NCBI GenBank assembly: GCA_009914755.4
Contig: CP068257.2
Coordinates: 36,288,001 to 36,352,000, forward strand
Direction of reading: 5' to 3'
From: the human T2T-CHM13v2.0 reference genome, Homo sapiens
Length of the DNA stretch: 64,000 nucleotides
In this document: in pieces, positions 37,391-51,287 of the stretch
Position numbering within the stretch: the stretch's first letter is position 1
Layout: every line of letters starts with the position of its first letter
Translations under genes and position numbers: made by a program
The notes under the pieces: generated by a model
What the model was told of the DNA's origin: nothing
Databases searched by the model: none
Seen by the model: only the letters and a program-made list of their open reading frames with translations

Positions 37391-37795
37391 TAAATATCTC
37401 TTAGCCTGTTTTCTGGTGTTATAACTGCATACCTGAGACTGGGTAATTAAGAAATTGATTTCTTGCAGTCGAAGAGGCTGGAAAGTCCAAGATGGAGGGT
37501 CTGCATCTGGTGAGGGCCTTCTTGTTGTGTCACAACATGGTGGAAAGCATCACTGGGCAAGAGGACACATGAGAGAGAGTGAAACTGACTTTTATAACAG
37601 ATATCTTCTAGTGATAACTATGCCACTCCTGTGATAACCCATCCATCCATTAATTCATGAATGGATTAGTCCATTCATGAGGGCAAAGCTCTCATGACCC
37701 AATCAATTCTTGAAGGCCCAACCTCTTAATACTATTACATTGGGGATTAAGTTTCAACATGAGTTTCAGAGGAGACAAACATTAAAACCAAAGCA
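37390..37795 (+). mobile_element. L1M-type 3'-end fragment (same motif family as 19935-20545 and 55885-56140)
   Basis: ctgagactgggtaattaagaaattgatttcttgcagtcgaagaggctggaaagtccaagatggagggtc...caatcaattcttgaaggcccaacctcttaatactattacattggggattaagtttcaacatgagtttcagagg. Confidence 0.5.
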
Positions 37796-37800
37796 GTATT

Positions 37801-38091
37801 GGCCAGGTGCCATGGCTCATGCCTGTAATCCCAGCACTTTGGGAGGCCAAGGCAGGCAGATCACCTGAGGTCAGGAGTTTGAGACCAGCCTGGCCAACAT
37901 GGTGAAACCCCATCACTACTAAAATTACAAAAATTAGCTGGGTGTGGCGGTGCATGCCTATAATCCCAGCTGCAGGAGAATTGCTTAAACCTGGGAGGTG
38001 GAGGTTGCAGTGAGCTCCACCACTGCACTCTGGCCTGGGCAACAGAGTGACAGAGGGTTGAGACTCCATCTCAAACAAGAAAAAAAAAAAA
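37801..38091 (+). mobile_element. Alu SINE, full length
   Basis: ggccaggtgccatggctcatgcctgtaatcccagcactttgggaggccaaggcagg... plus A-tail. TSD about AAGCAGTA on both flanks. Confidence 0.95.
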
Positions 38092-38099
38092 GCAGTAAC

Positions 38100-39155
<1,056 letters not shown>

Positions 39156-41376
39156 GGCATTTTTTTTCTTCCTTAAATGTTTAATAGAATTCACTAGTGA
39201 AGCCATCTGGGCCTGGAGTTTTCTTTGTGGGGAGGTTTAAAATATAAATTTAATTTCTTTTTTATATAGGGCTATTCAGGGGCATTGCTAGCCTGTAAGT
39301 CATTTCCTGAAGCTCCCCTCCATCTCTCCCCTGAGCCTGGGGGTAGTGGACAATTCCAGTTCTTCCAGAATAGAAAGCTCATCTTCCTGCAATGTGCACA
39401 TTTTCACCTCATTCTCACCAGTTCTCTTTGACCTCAATCCCCAACTACTTTATTTGGATGCCTTTTCTAAGATGTGATAATGCAAACTTTCAGCTGTTCA
39501 TGCCCTTTCCTCGTAATCCATAGTCTTGTTTGTATTTGGTCTCCTTCACCTTTTCCTGGGTCCCTGGGGATCTTTGACAGCTCTCATGCAAATTCTGGTA
39601 TTTTCTAAAGTCAGAAAAGCTAGGGAGAAAATGAGAACATCCTTGTGTTGGAATCCAGTATCCTGGGGAATTAGGAATCTTGATTAGTCCAAAGAGGTAA
39701 GAAGGAAATGTCAGCTGATATTGGTGTCTGGTCTACTTAATACACAGGAGGGAAGCTGCCCTTGAAGACAGAATGAGCAAAAGCGCCTCTCCCTGATACC
39801 CCGTCTCCCTTGCCATCTTCAGTGGCAGTCTTTCCTTTTCCAGGACTCTTCCTACCAATCAATATGACAAGCCTTGGACAGTCAGCAAGCGATAGTAATA
39901 TTATGATTTTTTTGTCTTGTAATCTATTGGCTCTTACACTTTAATCACCATCAGAATTGCTTGGAGGGCTTGTTAAAACACAGGTTATTGGGCCCAACTC
40001 TTAGACTTTTTGATTTATTAGGTCCAGGGTGAGGCCTTAGGAAGGAAGAAAGAGGAGGCTGCAGAAATGTCACAATCCTGAGATCATAGACTGTCACAAG
40101 CTAGAACTACCTATGGAACAATGTCTCAAATAGGTGAATGTGTGTAGGCTTTGCGTCTGGTAACCATGGTTACCATGGGCACAGGGAGAGAAGCTTCACA
40201 CTAAAGAGTGAGCAGTAAATAACGGTGGAAGAGCCTCCTCCCGTTGTCTACAGGGAGTCTGGGCAGGGGGCTGCTGGGATACAATGCAGGGATTGTGTCT
40301 CAAGACTGTAAATGAAAGACACAATTCCTTGCTTGCGGCCTTGGTGTTCTTTGCTACTGCGGGCCTCTTGTATGGCTAACCAGTTGATCATTGTCAAGAA
40401 ATGGAATGGCTCATAGACACGCACTGCCTCCTCAGATCTCCTGGTGGTCCCTGCTGCAGGAGAGAAGACCTCAGGACTGTGAGAAAGCGGGACCACTTCT
40501 CTTAGCATGAGGACCTTAAAGAACTGGTGTAGGTTGTTAGCAGTTGTGGCAGCCTGCTGCCTTGGTTATGACATCTGGCCCTTGCTGAAATGGAGAAGGT
40601 TGAGCCCATCCCCAGGAGTTAGGATGCACAGGTGGGGAAGCTCCCAGAACTCCTTGCCTGGGAGGGAAGGCAGGTGCATAGAGTCTTGGCTTAGCCCCCG
40701 AGTCTCTCTGTGTCTGGCAGCTCTCACTGAGGACCACACACAGGCCCCAGATGCTCCACCTGGGCCTTGATCCTGTGCTCAGCTCCACCTCCCTTTACAG
40801 CAGATGCCACCTGCTCCTGCTTTTATGATCTAGCTACCAATTTCCCATTTCCCTTCTGCGTGCAAGCTGTGGAAAATCTCTCAAAGAAGATACTAGACCT
40901 TTTGTTCTAGGAAAGAATTTATATATGCTTAAAATAAAATTCCTTTTACTCTGATGGTAAAAGTTAACCTGGGCCGCTGTCCCAGACTACCTTGAGTCCT
41001 TTTAGTTTTTAAATTTTTTTTTCCCATTCATTCAGGAAGCATTTAATGAATGTCTCCTGGATACCGAGCACTGTGACGTGGAATCAACAAGAAAGGTCCG
41101 TGACTTCAGGAAGCTGAGATAGCTCACAATCTAGCCAGAGAATTGGAGATAAACAGACAATTTTAATATAATATGAAAGAACTAGGATACGTGTGTGTTC
41201 AGGGTGGTCTAGGAGCACAGAGGAAAATCTAATGCAATCAGAAAAGGCTTCTTGGAGGAGGTGGCCCCTGGGATTAGCCTGGAAATATGAATAGTATTCA
41301 CTAGTTCAGAATGGGGACAAGACATTTCAGGGAGAGGGAAAGGTATGAACAGAGGAACAAAGGCAAGAAATAGCAA

Positions 41377-41555
41377 TGTGTATATGTCTGTGCATATGTG
41401 TTTGTGTCTGTGCATTCATAGGTTGTACATGTGTTTGTTACTGCATGCATATTTATGTGTGTGTACATGTGCATATGTGGATGTGTTATTGCATGTGTTC
41501 ATGTGTGCAAAAGTGTATTTGTGTGTGCATGTCTGTATGTGTGGGTGTGTGGATG
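41377..41555. repeat. TG-rich imperfect simple repeat (TGTGYATG-like), left part
   Basis: Direct reading. Continues at 42309-42475 on the other side of the inserted LTR. Confidence 0.85.
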
Positions 41556-42303
41556 TGATTTGATTTGGATGTGTGTCCCTCCAAATCTCATGTTGAAATG
41601 TGATCTGCAGTGTTGGAGGTGGAGCCCAGTGGGAGGTATTGGATCATGAGGGAAGATTCCTTATGAGTGGCTTAGTGCAGGGGCTGGGGACTGGGACCGC
41701 TCTGTGGCCTGTTAGGAACCCGCCAAGCAGCAGGAGGTGAGTGGTGGGTGAGCGAGCATTACTGCCTAAGCTCCGCCTCCTGTCAGATCAGCAGTGGCAT
41801 TAGATTCTTATAGAAGCATGAACCCTATTGTAAGGTTCACAACTGCACATGCGAGGGATCTAGGCTGCAGATTTCTTATGAGAATCTAATGCCTGATGAT
41901 CTGAGGTGTAACAGTTTCATCCTGAAACTATCCCCCCACCACCATCCCTGGTCTGTGGAAAAATTGTCTTCCATGAAACCAATCCCTGGTGCCAAAAAGG
42001 TAGGGGACCACTGGCTTAGAGTATCCTCTAGTTAATGAGTGAGTTCTCACTCAGTTAGTTCATGCAAGAACTGTTTTTTAAAACTCCTCTCTCTCTTGCT
42101 TCCTCTCTTTCATGTGATGTTCTGGCTCCCTCTTTGCCTTCCGCCATGATTGTTGGCTTCCCGAGACCTCACCAGAAGCCCAGCAGATGCTGGTGCCATG
42201 CTTCCTGTACAGCCTGCAGAACCATGAGCCAAATAAACCTCTTTTCTTTATAAATTACCCAGCCTCAGGTATTCCTTTATAGCAATGCAAATGAACTAAT
42301 ACA
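41556..42303 (+). mobile_element. MaLR solo LTR (MST/THE1-type), split by a nested DNA-transposon insertion at 41679-42013
   Basis: tgatttgatttggatgtgtgtccctccaaatctcatgttgaaatgtgatc...cagtgggaggtattggatcatgag...[insertion]...ccgccatgattgttggcttcccgagacctcaccagaagcc...ctcttttctttataaattacccagcctcaggtattcctttatagcaatgcaaatgaactaataca. A 5-bp TSD GGATG at 41551-41555 and 42304-42308. Confidence 0.8.
41679..42013 (-). mobile_element. MER1-like hAT (Charlie-type) non-autonomous DNA transposon, nested inside the MaLR LTR
   Basis: caggggctggggactgggaccgctctgtggcctgttaggaacc...cctgtcagatcagcagtggcattagattcttatagaagc...tggtgccaaaaaggtaggggaccactg. Flanking 8-bp TSD GCTTAGTG/GCTTAGAG (7 of 8 match). 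Inverse orientation relative to the copy at 50790-51287. Confidence 0.7.
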
Positions 42304-42308
42304 GGATG

Positions 42309-42475
42309 TATGTGTGCAGGTATGCATATGTGTTTGTGTCTATATGTGTATATGTGGGTGTGTGCATGTGTGTTCGTGTATTTGTGTGTGCATGTGTGTT
42401 TGTGTGTATGTATCTGTATATGTGTACATGTGTGTATGTGTTCATCTGTGTGGGTGTGTGTGAGGGCATGCATGC
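42309..42475. repeat. TG-rich imperfect simple repeat, right part
   Basis: Direct reading. Confidence 0.85.
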
Positions 42476-43257
42476 CTTCACAGTGAGACTGGCAAAGGAG
42501 GGGTGGAAGCAAGGAATATGAGCAGTTCTGTATTTCTGAATCTGGTGGGGACAGATCATGGAGATCCTTGAGCACCACATTGAGAAAGCTGGCTCTGGGT
42601 TATTTTTCTAGCAACCCACTGAATGATATTTAGGGAGGTGGTACCTGATAGAAAAGGTCAGGCTGTAAACCTGGTTAAGCCTTTGGAAGTTGTCTCAAGT
42701 GGAGCTCCCCAGAGGCAGCGTCTGGGCAGGGTTCAGAAGCACAGAGGCAGCGCCTGGGCAGGGTTCAGAAGCATGTGGTTTCTAGAGGGCTGCTTTCAGG
42801 AGATGGAAGCACAGTGGAGCAGGGGATGATGCCAGGCAGGGCTGTGGTCTCAGCTGGAGCCTGCTGAAGCCTGACCCTACCAAGAGATCTGAAGGGAGAC
42901 CCCACTACAGAGCTGGTCCTGCCTGTAGGAAAGGGTGTGGCATTCTGAACCTGGAATTGGTCAGTTACTGGCTGCAGGCTGAGGAAGGGTGATGGTGAGG
43001 CGGTGCATTGATGGCCAAGGCCAATGCTCCAGAGAGAGGTCAGCTGTGAGCATTTGTCAGGCAGCGCCTGTTGGGAGGGTGCACTGCCTGGGCAAAGGGG
43101 CACCAACAACATCTAAAACAGTGCAGAGTACTTTTGTCAGTTCCCTGAGAAGTTCTAGCCTTTTGAGTTGCTTCAATTTAATGCTGGTTGCTTTAATTGA
43201 AAAAAAAATTATTTGTTCAGCATCTTCTGGGAACTAATACCCTCAATGACTATGTTA

Positions 43258-43283
43258 TTATTATTATTATTATTATTATTTGC
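43258..43283. repeat. (TTA)n microsatellite
   Basis: Direct reading: ttattattattattattattatt. Confidence 0.9.
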
Positions 43284-45368
43284 AGAATACTTTGCAGCTT
43301 CCACATTTGATTGCTAAATTTTTAGATTACTGTTTTGCAGTTAGTTTTATGCAAAAAATTACTTCTGTAGCATTTCAGATAGAAAAGAGACCTTCTTTTC
43401 ACCAAAGCCTTAAAAGATATTTTCAAGTTGAGTAAGATGGGCTTTGATTTGATGAAACCTCTACCTGAGAAGCCAACAATATACAGATGCAGATTCTTCC
43501 CTATGGGGCTTTGATGCACAGCTTTCCTGCCTGTAACTCATGAGGAGTGAGGATGGGGAGGCGGAGCCAATCATGAAGCCAGTCATGAAACCAGCATTTG
43601 GCTATTGTTAAAGAGAAATGATTCTGACACTTATTAAAATGGTAAGGAACACTTTATCAAGACTATTGCAATTGGGGGACACAGACAGAACTCAAATGCA
43701 AACACAGCAAGATTGAAGCCAAGAGCAGAGTGAGGGGGGTTGACACCTGAAAAATTTCAAAGAGGAGACATCCAGGTAGGGGAGGGGATTCTTCCTAAAT
43801 TGGCCTAATGGGATTCTTGCTAAAGGCACCCAGGGACCCGGACTTTAAGGGTGGCAGATCTTCTCTAAACTCATCTAGCAAAATTCTTTGCTAAAACTGG
43901 ACTTGCAAGGACAGACAAGGAAGGCCAAGGCGGAAGATTAGTGGAGAAGAGGGCTCCAAGACGCCTGCCTAAGGTCTGGCCAAGGAGGAGTCTTTATCAC
44001 CATCGTACCCCACTGCAGACATCCCAAGAATTTGTCTCTGAACCTTGAAGCTTGGAAAGCAATGGGGCTAAAAATTAGTCATCACAAAGTTAGCTTTGCC
44101 TGGAGACCCTGGAAGCTTAATACGAGGCAGACAAAACCAAAATGAAGAGCAGCCGTGACCCCACTAATCTTGAGGAAAAGCAAGGCTCAGTCTTCAAGAA
44201 TAGCAGAGATGCCGTTGTCATCTCCAGCATGATTCAGAATAGTGAGGCAGCAGGGAAGATGAAGATTGCAAGGAGTTGAAATTCCGTGGCATGGCTGTTC
44301 AGGTGCTTAGGACTTTAATTTTAAAATTTCCCAGTTTTAACCCTGTGTTATGTTCTACTTTTAGGTGCTTGGTGAAGCAGCATTTACTTGTTAAGCAGAG
44401 CATGGGACGGTTGATAGCAAAGGGGCGGCCCTGTCTTGCTGTGGGGGAGGAAACATATTCCAAAGACCACGCAGCTCTGTTGAAAAATGCCAGGAAAGGC
44501 TCAACTTGAAACACCAAGAAAATAATGTGTTTTAAATAATATCCACCTCTTCCTCAAATCTATTTTTAAAAAAACAACAACACTGGAAACTCTATCTTTA
44601 ATCTTCGATTCTTCTGGAGAAATTATCCTCCCAGGTTGCATTAGAAAAGTAGCTTATACTGCACTTAGGCCATCAGAGTAAGAGCCTGTGATGGGGTTTA
44701 TTTGTGGCTGTCTGTCACCTCTCAGGCAAACAGGCATCATCAGCTCGGTTGTAGACACAAGGCTAGGCCTGGCCCAAATATGTGGAATTTAATCACTGAT
44801 GTTTCACAGTGATGCCTGTTACTAAGTGAAAGAAGGCAGTCTGAAAAGGCTACATGCTGTACGATTTCAACCACCTGCCACTCTGGAAAAGGCAAAACTT
44901 CGGAGACGGTAAAGAGATCAGTAGCTTCCAGGGGTTGGGGTAGAGAAAGGGATAGATAGGCATAGCACAGAGGATTTTTGCAGCAGTGAAAATTCTCTGG
45001 GTGATACCATAATGATGGATCTATGTCATTAGCCACTTGTTCAAACCCACAGAATGCACTCTGGGGGATAGTGATGGGTCAGGTTGGGTTTTGTGTGATG
45101 GAGGCATGGAGAGCAGCAGACGCTCAACATTGACAACTCCTGGCTGTTGCACTCCGTGATGCATGCTGACTTTTGCTATTTTTTAATGGCAAAAGAACAT
45201 GCTTTGGTTTTGTTTTAGGAGGAGAGGGATTGAAGGAACCAAGGGTGGCTGTGGGGGAGATTCAGAAACTCAAGGCTAGATGGGACTTGGCTGGATTTTG
45301 GAGTTCAAGAGGTTAACAGGACTGAGTTTAGGTAAATCTGTCCTCTCCATATTGCTTGATATATTGTG

Positions 45369-45370
45369 GG

Positions 45371-45401
<31 letters not shown>

Positions 45402-45410
45402 TGTGTGTGA
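45369..45410. repeat. (GT)n microsatellite
   Basis: Direct reading: gtgtgtgtgtgtgtgtgtgtgtatgtgtgtgtgtgtg. Confidence 0.9.
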
Positions 45411-46035
45411 ATGTTAAAAAACAATCAGTGTAAAATTTATCCATCATAACAAATACACCCCTCTGGTGGGGGATGTTGATAGTGGGGGAGGCTGTGCATG
45501 GGAGGGAGTGGAGGATATATGGGGAATCTCTGCATGTTTTGTTCAATTTGCCATGAACTTGAAACTGCTCTAAAAAAGAAAAATCTATTTAAAAAATATA
45601 TGCAGTACACTGTGTTAGTGGCACATGGGTTGGGAAGAGGGAATACTGGCCTTGGTTTAGGCCCATAGGAGATGTGCTTCCTTCCCATCCCCCATATTCT
45701 CTCACATAGACTTAATTACTAGGCCTGTCTTTCTACTTGTACAATCGATTCTCATTATTCCAAGCAGTTAAGTTCTGTAACATTGCCAAAAAAAGAAAAC
45801 TGAATTAGTCAATACTGAACTTCTGCTCCCAGGAGAAATCTAGGATTATGTTCCTGCGAGCCTCTGGTCACAATATCTTTGTCAGCCCATCAATACATAA
45901 CGTTGTTTTATGTGTGTTTCTGTTTAAAGACTACTTATTTATTATATATTGTTGATTAATTAACATGGAGCTCACAGCCAACAGAACTATATAACACATG
46001 CCTGAACTGAGCTCATCTTAACACATATATTTTCT

Positions 46036-46284
46036 TTTTCTTTTTTTAAATTATACTTTAAGTTTTAGGGTACATGTGCACAATGTGCAGGTTAGTTACA
46101 TATGTATACATGTGCCATGTTGGTGTGCTGCACCCATTAACTCGTCATTTAACATTAGGTATATCTCCTAATGCTATCCTTCCCCCTCCCCCCACCCCAC
46201 AACAGGCCCCCGTGTGTGATGTTCCCCTTCCTGTGCCCATGTGTTCTCATTGTTCGATTCCCACCTATGAGTGAGAACATGCGG
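46036..46284 (-). mobile_element. LINE-1, 5'-truncated 3' end (about 250 bp), minus orientation
   Basis: Poly-T/taaattatactttaagttttagggtacatgtgcacaatgtgcaggttagttacatatgtatacatgtgccatg...gagtgagaacatgcgg. An 18-bp perfect TSD TTAACACATATATTTTCT at 46018-46035 and 46285-46302. Confidence 0.9.
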
Positions 46285-49200
46285 TTAACACATATATTTT
46301 CTCCGCAAGTTACGTCACAATCTTCATGCACTTAGGAACCCCACACAACGCTTCAGCGCTGTGCTTGGGGCCATTTTAAAAAATGAAATCACTGACGAAA
46401 AACACAAAAATGTGAAAAACATGGCATCGAACAGACTGTGAAAAGAACACTTGTTTACGGTAGAAGAGCTGACGGAAGAAGGCAGAACAATGCCTCATTG
46501 CAGCTCAGCTGGGAACATACTCCTGCTCAAATTTTTTGCCACCGTGCACATGCCCATAAATGACCACTAAAGCTCCTTGAGTGTTGATTTTGGAGTTTCA
46601 AGTATATTTTATGGAGTAGGCGACCTTGCAAATACTGAATTTGAGAATCAAGAGGCTGGACCGTCTCTGCTTTTGGTCCAGCCAAGGGCCCTGTTGGTCC
46701 ACGATTGCCATATCGTGTTTTGACTGCTCCAGGGACTTTGATGTGACTCTAGTTTGGAAGATCTGGAACACTTTGGGAGCTTGAGAATGAGATGAGAACA
46801 TCGTGTGGGGTTTGATGAGAGTGTTTTGGCTCCAGGTCATGGATTCACATCTCTTGGTGGGTCGCGGGAAGTAAAGCAGCCCATAGCCTGCAAATGTTGA
46901 GGCAGGCTTGCAGCTTGCGTGGACACAAGTCCCTGCTCACTTCCCTCTCCAGTTATCACAAGCATCCAGCTCAGAAGGACACCTTGTGTGCTTCTCTGAG
47001 TGCTCCTGCACCCTCATCCCTCACTGACCCCACTCTGCCCACCAATACTTTCCATTTCTTGAAGCCTGCTTCTGTCTTGACCACTGGGGAGCCTTCTTAC
47101 ATGCCAGAGGCCTCTGTCTTGCCTTGGGGTGTGATCATGATTTACTTTATTCAGGTTCTGCTTATCCAGGGTGGCCAGGAAAGTTCATCTGTAATCCCAG
47201 CATTCCATCCCATCCTGCCTTTTGGAAAGACGTAAAATAAATGCACCAAAAATAAACGGAGGCTTTGAATAATATCATACATTGATATGATAAATTTCAA
47301 TAAGCAGTTTTTTCACATATGTCCCATGCAATATATGGGGTGTACTTATGTTGAAAATGCTTCATTATTTATTTGAAATTTGAATTTAATTGGCTGTCCT
47401 ATATTTTTGTTTGCTAAATCTGGTGACCGTATCTCCGCAGAGCTTGCAGCGCACTGCCCAGTGCTGGAAGTGGTGTGAGAATCAGGGAACTATTCTGCCA
47501 ATTAGCAGCTGTGAGGTCTTGGGGAAGTCACCACCCGTTTGGGCCTCAGTCCCCTCATCTGTGAAATGGACACGATTTCTAGTATTTGCAGCTATGACCT
47601 TTTCTGGAGAATCAGAGTTTGGGTCCCCATTTTAGGTTTCATATTCTCTTTCCCTAATTGGTAAGTTGGCAATTTATTTATATGTTCCCAAAGACAGCTT
47701 AAAGTGAATTCATGTATTTATTTCTAAGTAAAACTTCTCTGTTGCTGAGGGAAAACCCACCCATCTGGGCCAAAATAACACGCCGCCTTGGCAGGAAAAT
47801 AAACCTGCTGAAAATCGTTAGAGCACTTTCTCCCTCACCTGCCTGATAGGCTCTGCTGCACAGACAAAGAGCCTGTTCTCCGATAAAACAAGGCAGCTAA
47901 GGGGCAGGTCTGGGCTTTAAATCAGCCCTCTGAGGGGGTAGGCTGCATCGCTGGGCCCCACGTCCATACCAAGTTGTGCTCCTGTGCACCGCAGAATGGC
48001 TCGTACGAGGCCGTGGGGAACCAGGATGGCAACAACAAAAAATGGGTTCTCCGCCTCCAGGAGAGGCAAGGCAAGACCTGGTGACAGCAGCCTTGTCTGC
48101 ATTCTGTAATTGGCAGCCTCAGACATGTGCCTGTGCTCTCCATGGGGGTTGGCCAGTTGAGCCCTGGCAAAGACGTGGCCTGCACCTCTGTGTTTTCACA
48201 CAGCACCCACACCAGCGGTGCAGGGGGAGAGTGGAGCTTCAGAGGGGGAGAAGGTAAATGCTGTGACGTGTTTCTTCCAGCAACCCCCCCCTTGGATAGC
48301 ACTGCCCACCTGGTCTTATTCTCATCAGAGACCTACCTCTTCTGGGAAGATTTCTCAGCAGCTGTGGTCACCCAGAGCAGGTATTCTCTGCAGGTAGAAA
48401 ATCCACTTGGGGTTGGGGCTGCGCACTGCACCTGCCAAACTGTGCGCTCCAGGCTCTAGGCTCTGTTTTTGCTGGCCTTGAGCTGAGTTCCAACTGGGAT
48501 TTGGAGGCCACAGGATCCCTGCTGAGTGAAGATTAGCAAATGCTCTCTGAGATCCCAAGTCTCTGGCTTGTCTTAGGTCGTGAACAGGTGGGATGGGAGT
48601 GTAAGCATGGCTCAGTGGTCCCCAGAAATTTTATTTTGGTGGAATACAGGTATCCATTTGCTCTTTTACGTTGTTCCGTCTAAGAAATCTTTGACTTACT
48701 CTTAGTCACAAAGATTTGACTTATGCAGGCAGCTCTGAGCTGTATTTTGAGTTAATCTTTGTGCATGGTAGAAGGTACAAATTGTAGCTTTTGTTTTTAC
48801 CTGTGGATATCCAATTGTTCCAGCACCATTTGGTGAAAAGATTATCCCTTCTTCCCTGAATTGCCTTTGCACCTTCATCAAAAATCAGTTGTCTATTTCA
48901 GTGTGGGCCTGAGTCTAGACTCTGCTTTCTTTTATATGGCTAACTGCACGCCAATACCACACTGTTTTTGTTACTATAGTTTTATAATAGTTCCTAAAAT
49001 CACATAGCATGAGCCTTTCAACTACAGCAGAGAATTGAAGCCCTCAAGGCTAAACATCATCTGGTCCAGTACCCAGTGGTCTTTAGAATGAAATGCTGAA
49101 ACTAGTTTACATTTAAAGAAACAGAAGTATAAGAGAGGGAAGGGGCTGACCCATGGAGCTAGTACATAATGGAGAAGCCAGCTCTCCTTCATCACAAAGC

Positions 49201-50789
49201 CTTAGCAAAATGCCCTTTCAATAATCAAATGATGATAAAAACAAAAGCTGCCATTGTTTTGGACTACCAGTTAAGGTGCTAGGCATTTTACACATAGTAT
49301 TTCATGTAACCCTGCATGCATTTCTGTGATGTAGCACTAGTATATATGTTGCAGACGAGGAAATGGAGACACAGAGAGCTGAAGGAATGTGGGCAAAGGT
49401 GTACAGCTACTGGTTGGCTGGGCTGAGACACAAATACAGGTGGTTCAGGGCAAAGCCTGTGCTTCCTCTAAACCAGCAGTTTTCCAAGTGAGGTCCCTGG
49501 GCCCACAACATCAGCCTCACCTGGAAGCTTGTGAGAAAGCAAATTCTTACCCCCAGGTGATTCTGATGCAGACAAATACCTGAGAACTACGGGTGGAACC
49601 AGTCCACGTGCTGCCTCTGCTAACAGGGCAGCATCTCTATGTTTAAAATCCCAGTGGACAAATAAACAATTGCAGGGACTGACGTCTGTGGAGGGGGCAT
49701 GTGGATCTATGGTTCTGTCTTATGGCCACACTCCATGACAATGACTTCAGAGGAGGGAGGAGTGGATGGCGAGGCCAGTATCGCATCTGCAGGCAGGTGA
49801 AATGCACAGGCTGCAGGTGGGGAAGGGTGGTCAGAGCCCTGGGCAACTGATTTTACCTCTCTGCATCTTCTCTTTCCTCTAGTGTAGAATAGGGATAAGA
49901 ACAATGCTTACCTTCTAAAGGGACTGTAAGGATGGGTGAAAGAAGTCAGGAAAAGGACTTAGCACAGGGTGTAGCCATAAAAATAAAGACTGCATTGAAG
50001 TTGTTATGTAAGTCCATTTAGATACTTATTTCAAGAACTGAGCACGTAGAAGCCCCTGTGTTGGTTTTTTACTGACTCACAGGCAGTGACCAATTGCCTG
50101 GCCATACAGTCAGGAGAGAGGGCAGTGAAAACCCGGCCTATTAAAAGAATGCCCACAGGCAGCACAGCGCTATGGAAATTTGAGGGATGTATTCAAAGAG
50201 AACAAGTCAATGCCCATCAGAAGAGCTCCCTTCCAGTTTCAGAAGGTGGCTGGAATAGACAAGAAGAGATCCCTATGTGCTCCCTCGAGGTGGCCGCCTG
50301 TGTCCATGAAATGAATGGATATGGGGGCACTCAATGCAGCAGTGCAAAGACGGGCTGAATCTAGACATGTTCCTTTGGCACCCTCTCAGGAGCATAATGC
50401 CAGGAAGAACTGCTTTGCTTGTCAACAAGGGAGACAGAGACTGCCACTGGCTATGGGGCAGATTCACTGGTGGGAGGGCCCTGCGCACAGCTGGCGAGCG
50501 GGACTGATGCTGGCTGCCTTGGGGGACTAAAAATGGGTCTTGCCTGGAATAAACACGGACTCTGGACTGGGCTTTGTTTACCTGGGGGAAAATGAAAACG
50601 CTCAGAGTGCCAAAAAAAAAAAAATCTCAACAGAAGGTATTGCATGGATTTAGAAGGCCAAACATCATTTCTTCAGACCAAGGTATACTGAACAGCCCTT
50701 GACGTCCAACAAAGGGCAGATATATCATCCTTAGAGTAACAGTTTGATAGAGGGGTAGAAGGGGCAGTTGAAACACTGGTTGTCTAAAA

Positions 50790-51287
50790 CAGCAGTCCCC
50801 AAACTTTTTGGCACTGGGGACCAGTTTCCTGGAAGACAGTTTTATCACAGGGGGAGGGAGGATGGTTTCAGGATGATTCAAGCACATTCCATTGATTGTG
50901 CACTTTATTTCTATTATTACTGCATTATAATATATAATAAAATAATTACACAACTCACCATAATGTAGAATCAGTGAGAGCCCTGAGCTTGTTTTCCTGA
51001 AACTAGATGGTCCCATCTGGGGGGTGATGAGGGACAGTGACAGATCATCGGGCATAGATTCTCATAAGAAGCACACAGCCTAGATCTCTTGCGTGAGCAG
51101 TTTGCAATAGGGTTCCCGTTCCTATGAGAATCTAATGCTTCTGCTGATCTGATAGGAGGCAGAGCTCAGATGGTCATATAAGTGAATACAGATAAAGCTT
51201 TGCTCACTCAACCCGCCACTCACCTCCTGCTCTGTAGTACAGTTCCTAACAGGCCATGGTCCATAGCCTGGGGGCTGGGGACCCCTG
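50790..51287 (+). mobile_element. MER1-like hAT (Charlie-type) non-autonomous DNA transposon, about 498 bp
   Basis: Termini cagcagtccccaaactttttggcactggggacc ... ggggctggggacccctg form imperfect TIRs (CAGnnGTCCCCA). A perfect 8-bp TSD GTCTAAAA at 50782-50789 and 51288-51295. The 8-bp TSD is diagnostic of the hAT superfamily. Confidence 0.75.

Noticed and set aside
41340-41650. Cluster of Cys/Met/Val-rich ORFs (41345-41649 and 42306-42521)
   Set aside because: Translations of the TG/CA-rich simple repeat. Periodic codon usage is a microsatellite artefact.
43680-44520. Unique-looking, non-repeat segment with a 46-codon ORF (MKSSRDPTNLEEKQGSVFKNSRDAVVISSMIQNSEAAGKMKIARS*) and a 77-aa ORF
   Set aside because: No recognisable homology and no splice or promoter signals. 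It is possibly an unclassified old transposon interior. There is not enough evidence to call a feature.
50627-51055. 142-aa ORF on the minus strand
   Set aside because: Overlaps the MER1-like hAT MITE and its flank. Non-autonomous hAT elements do not encode protein. No domain similarity is recognisable.
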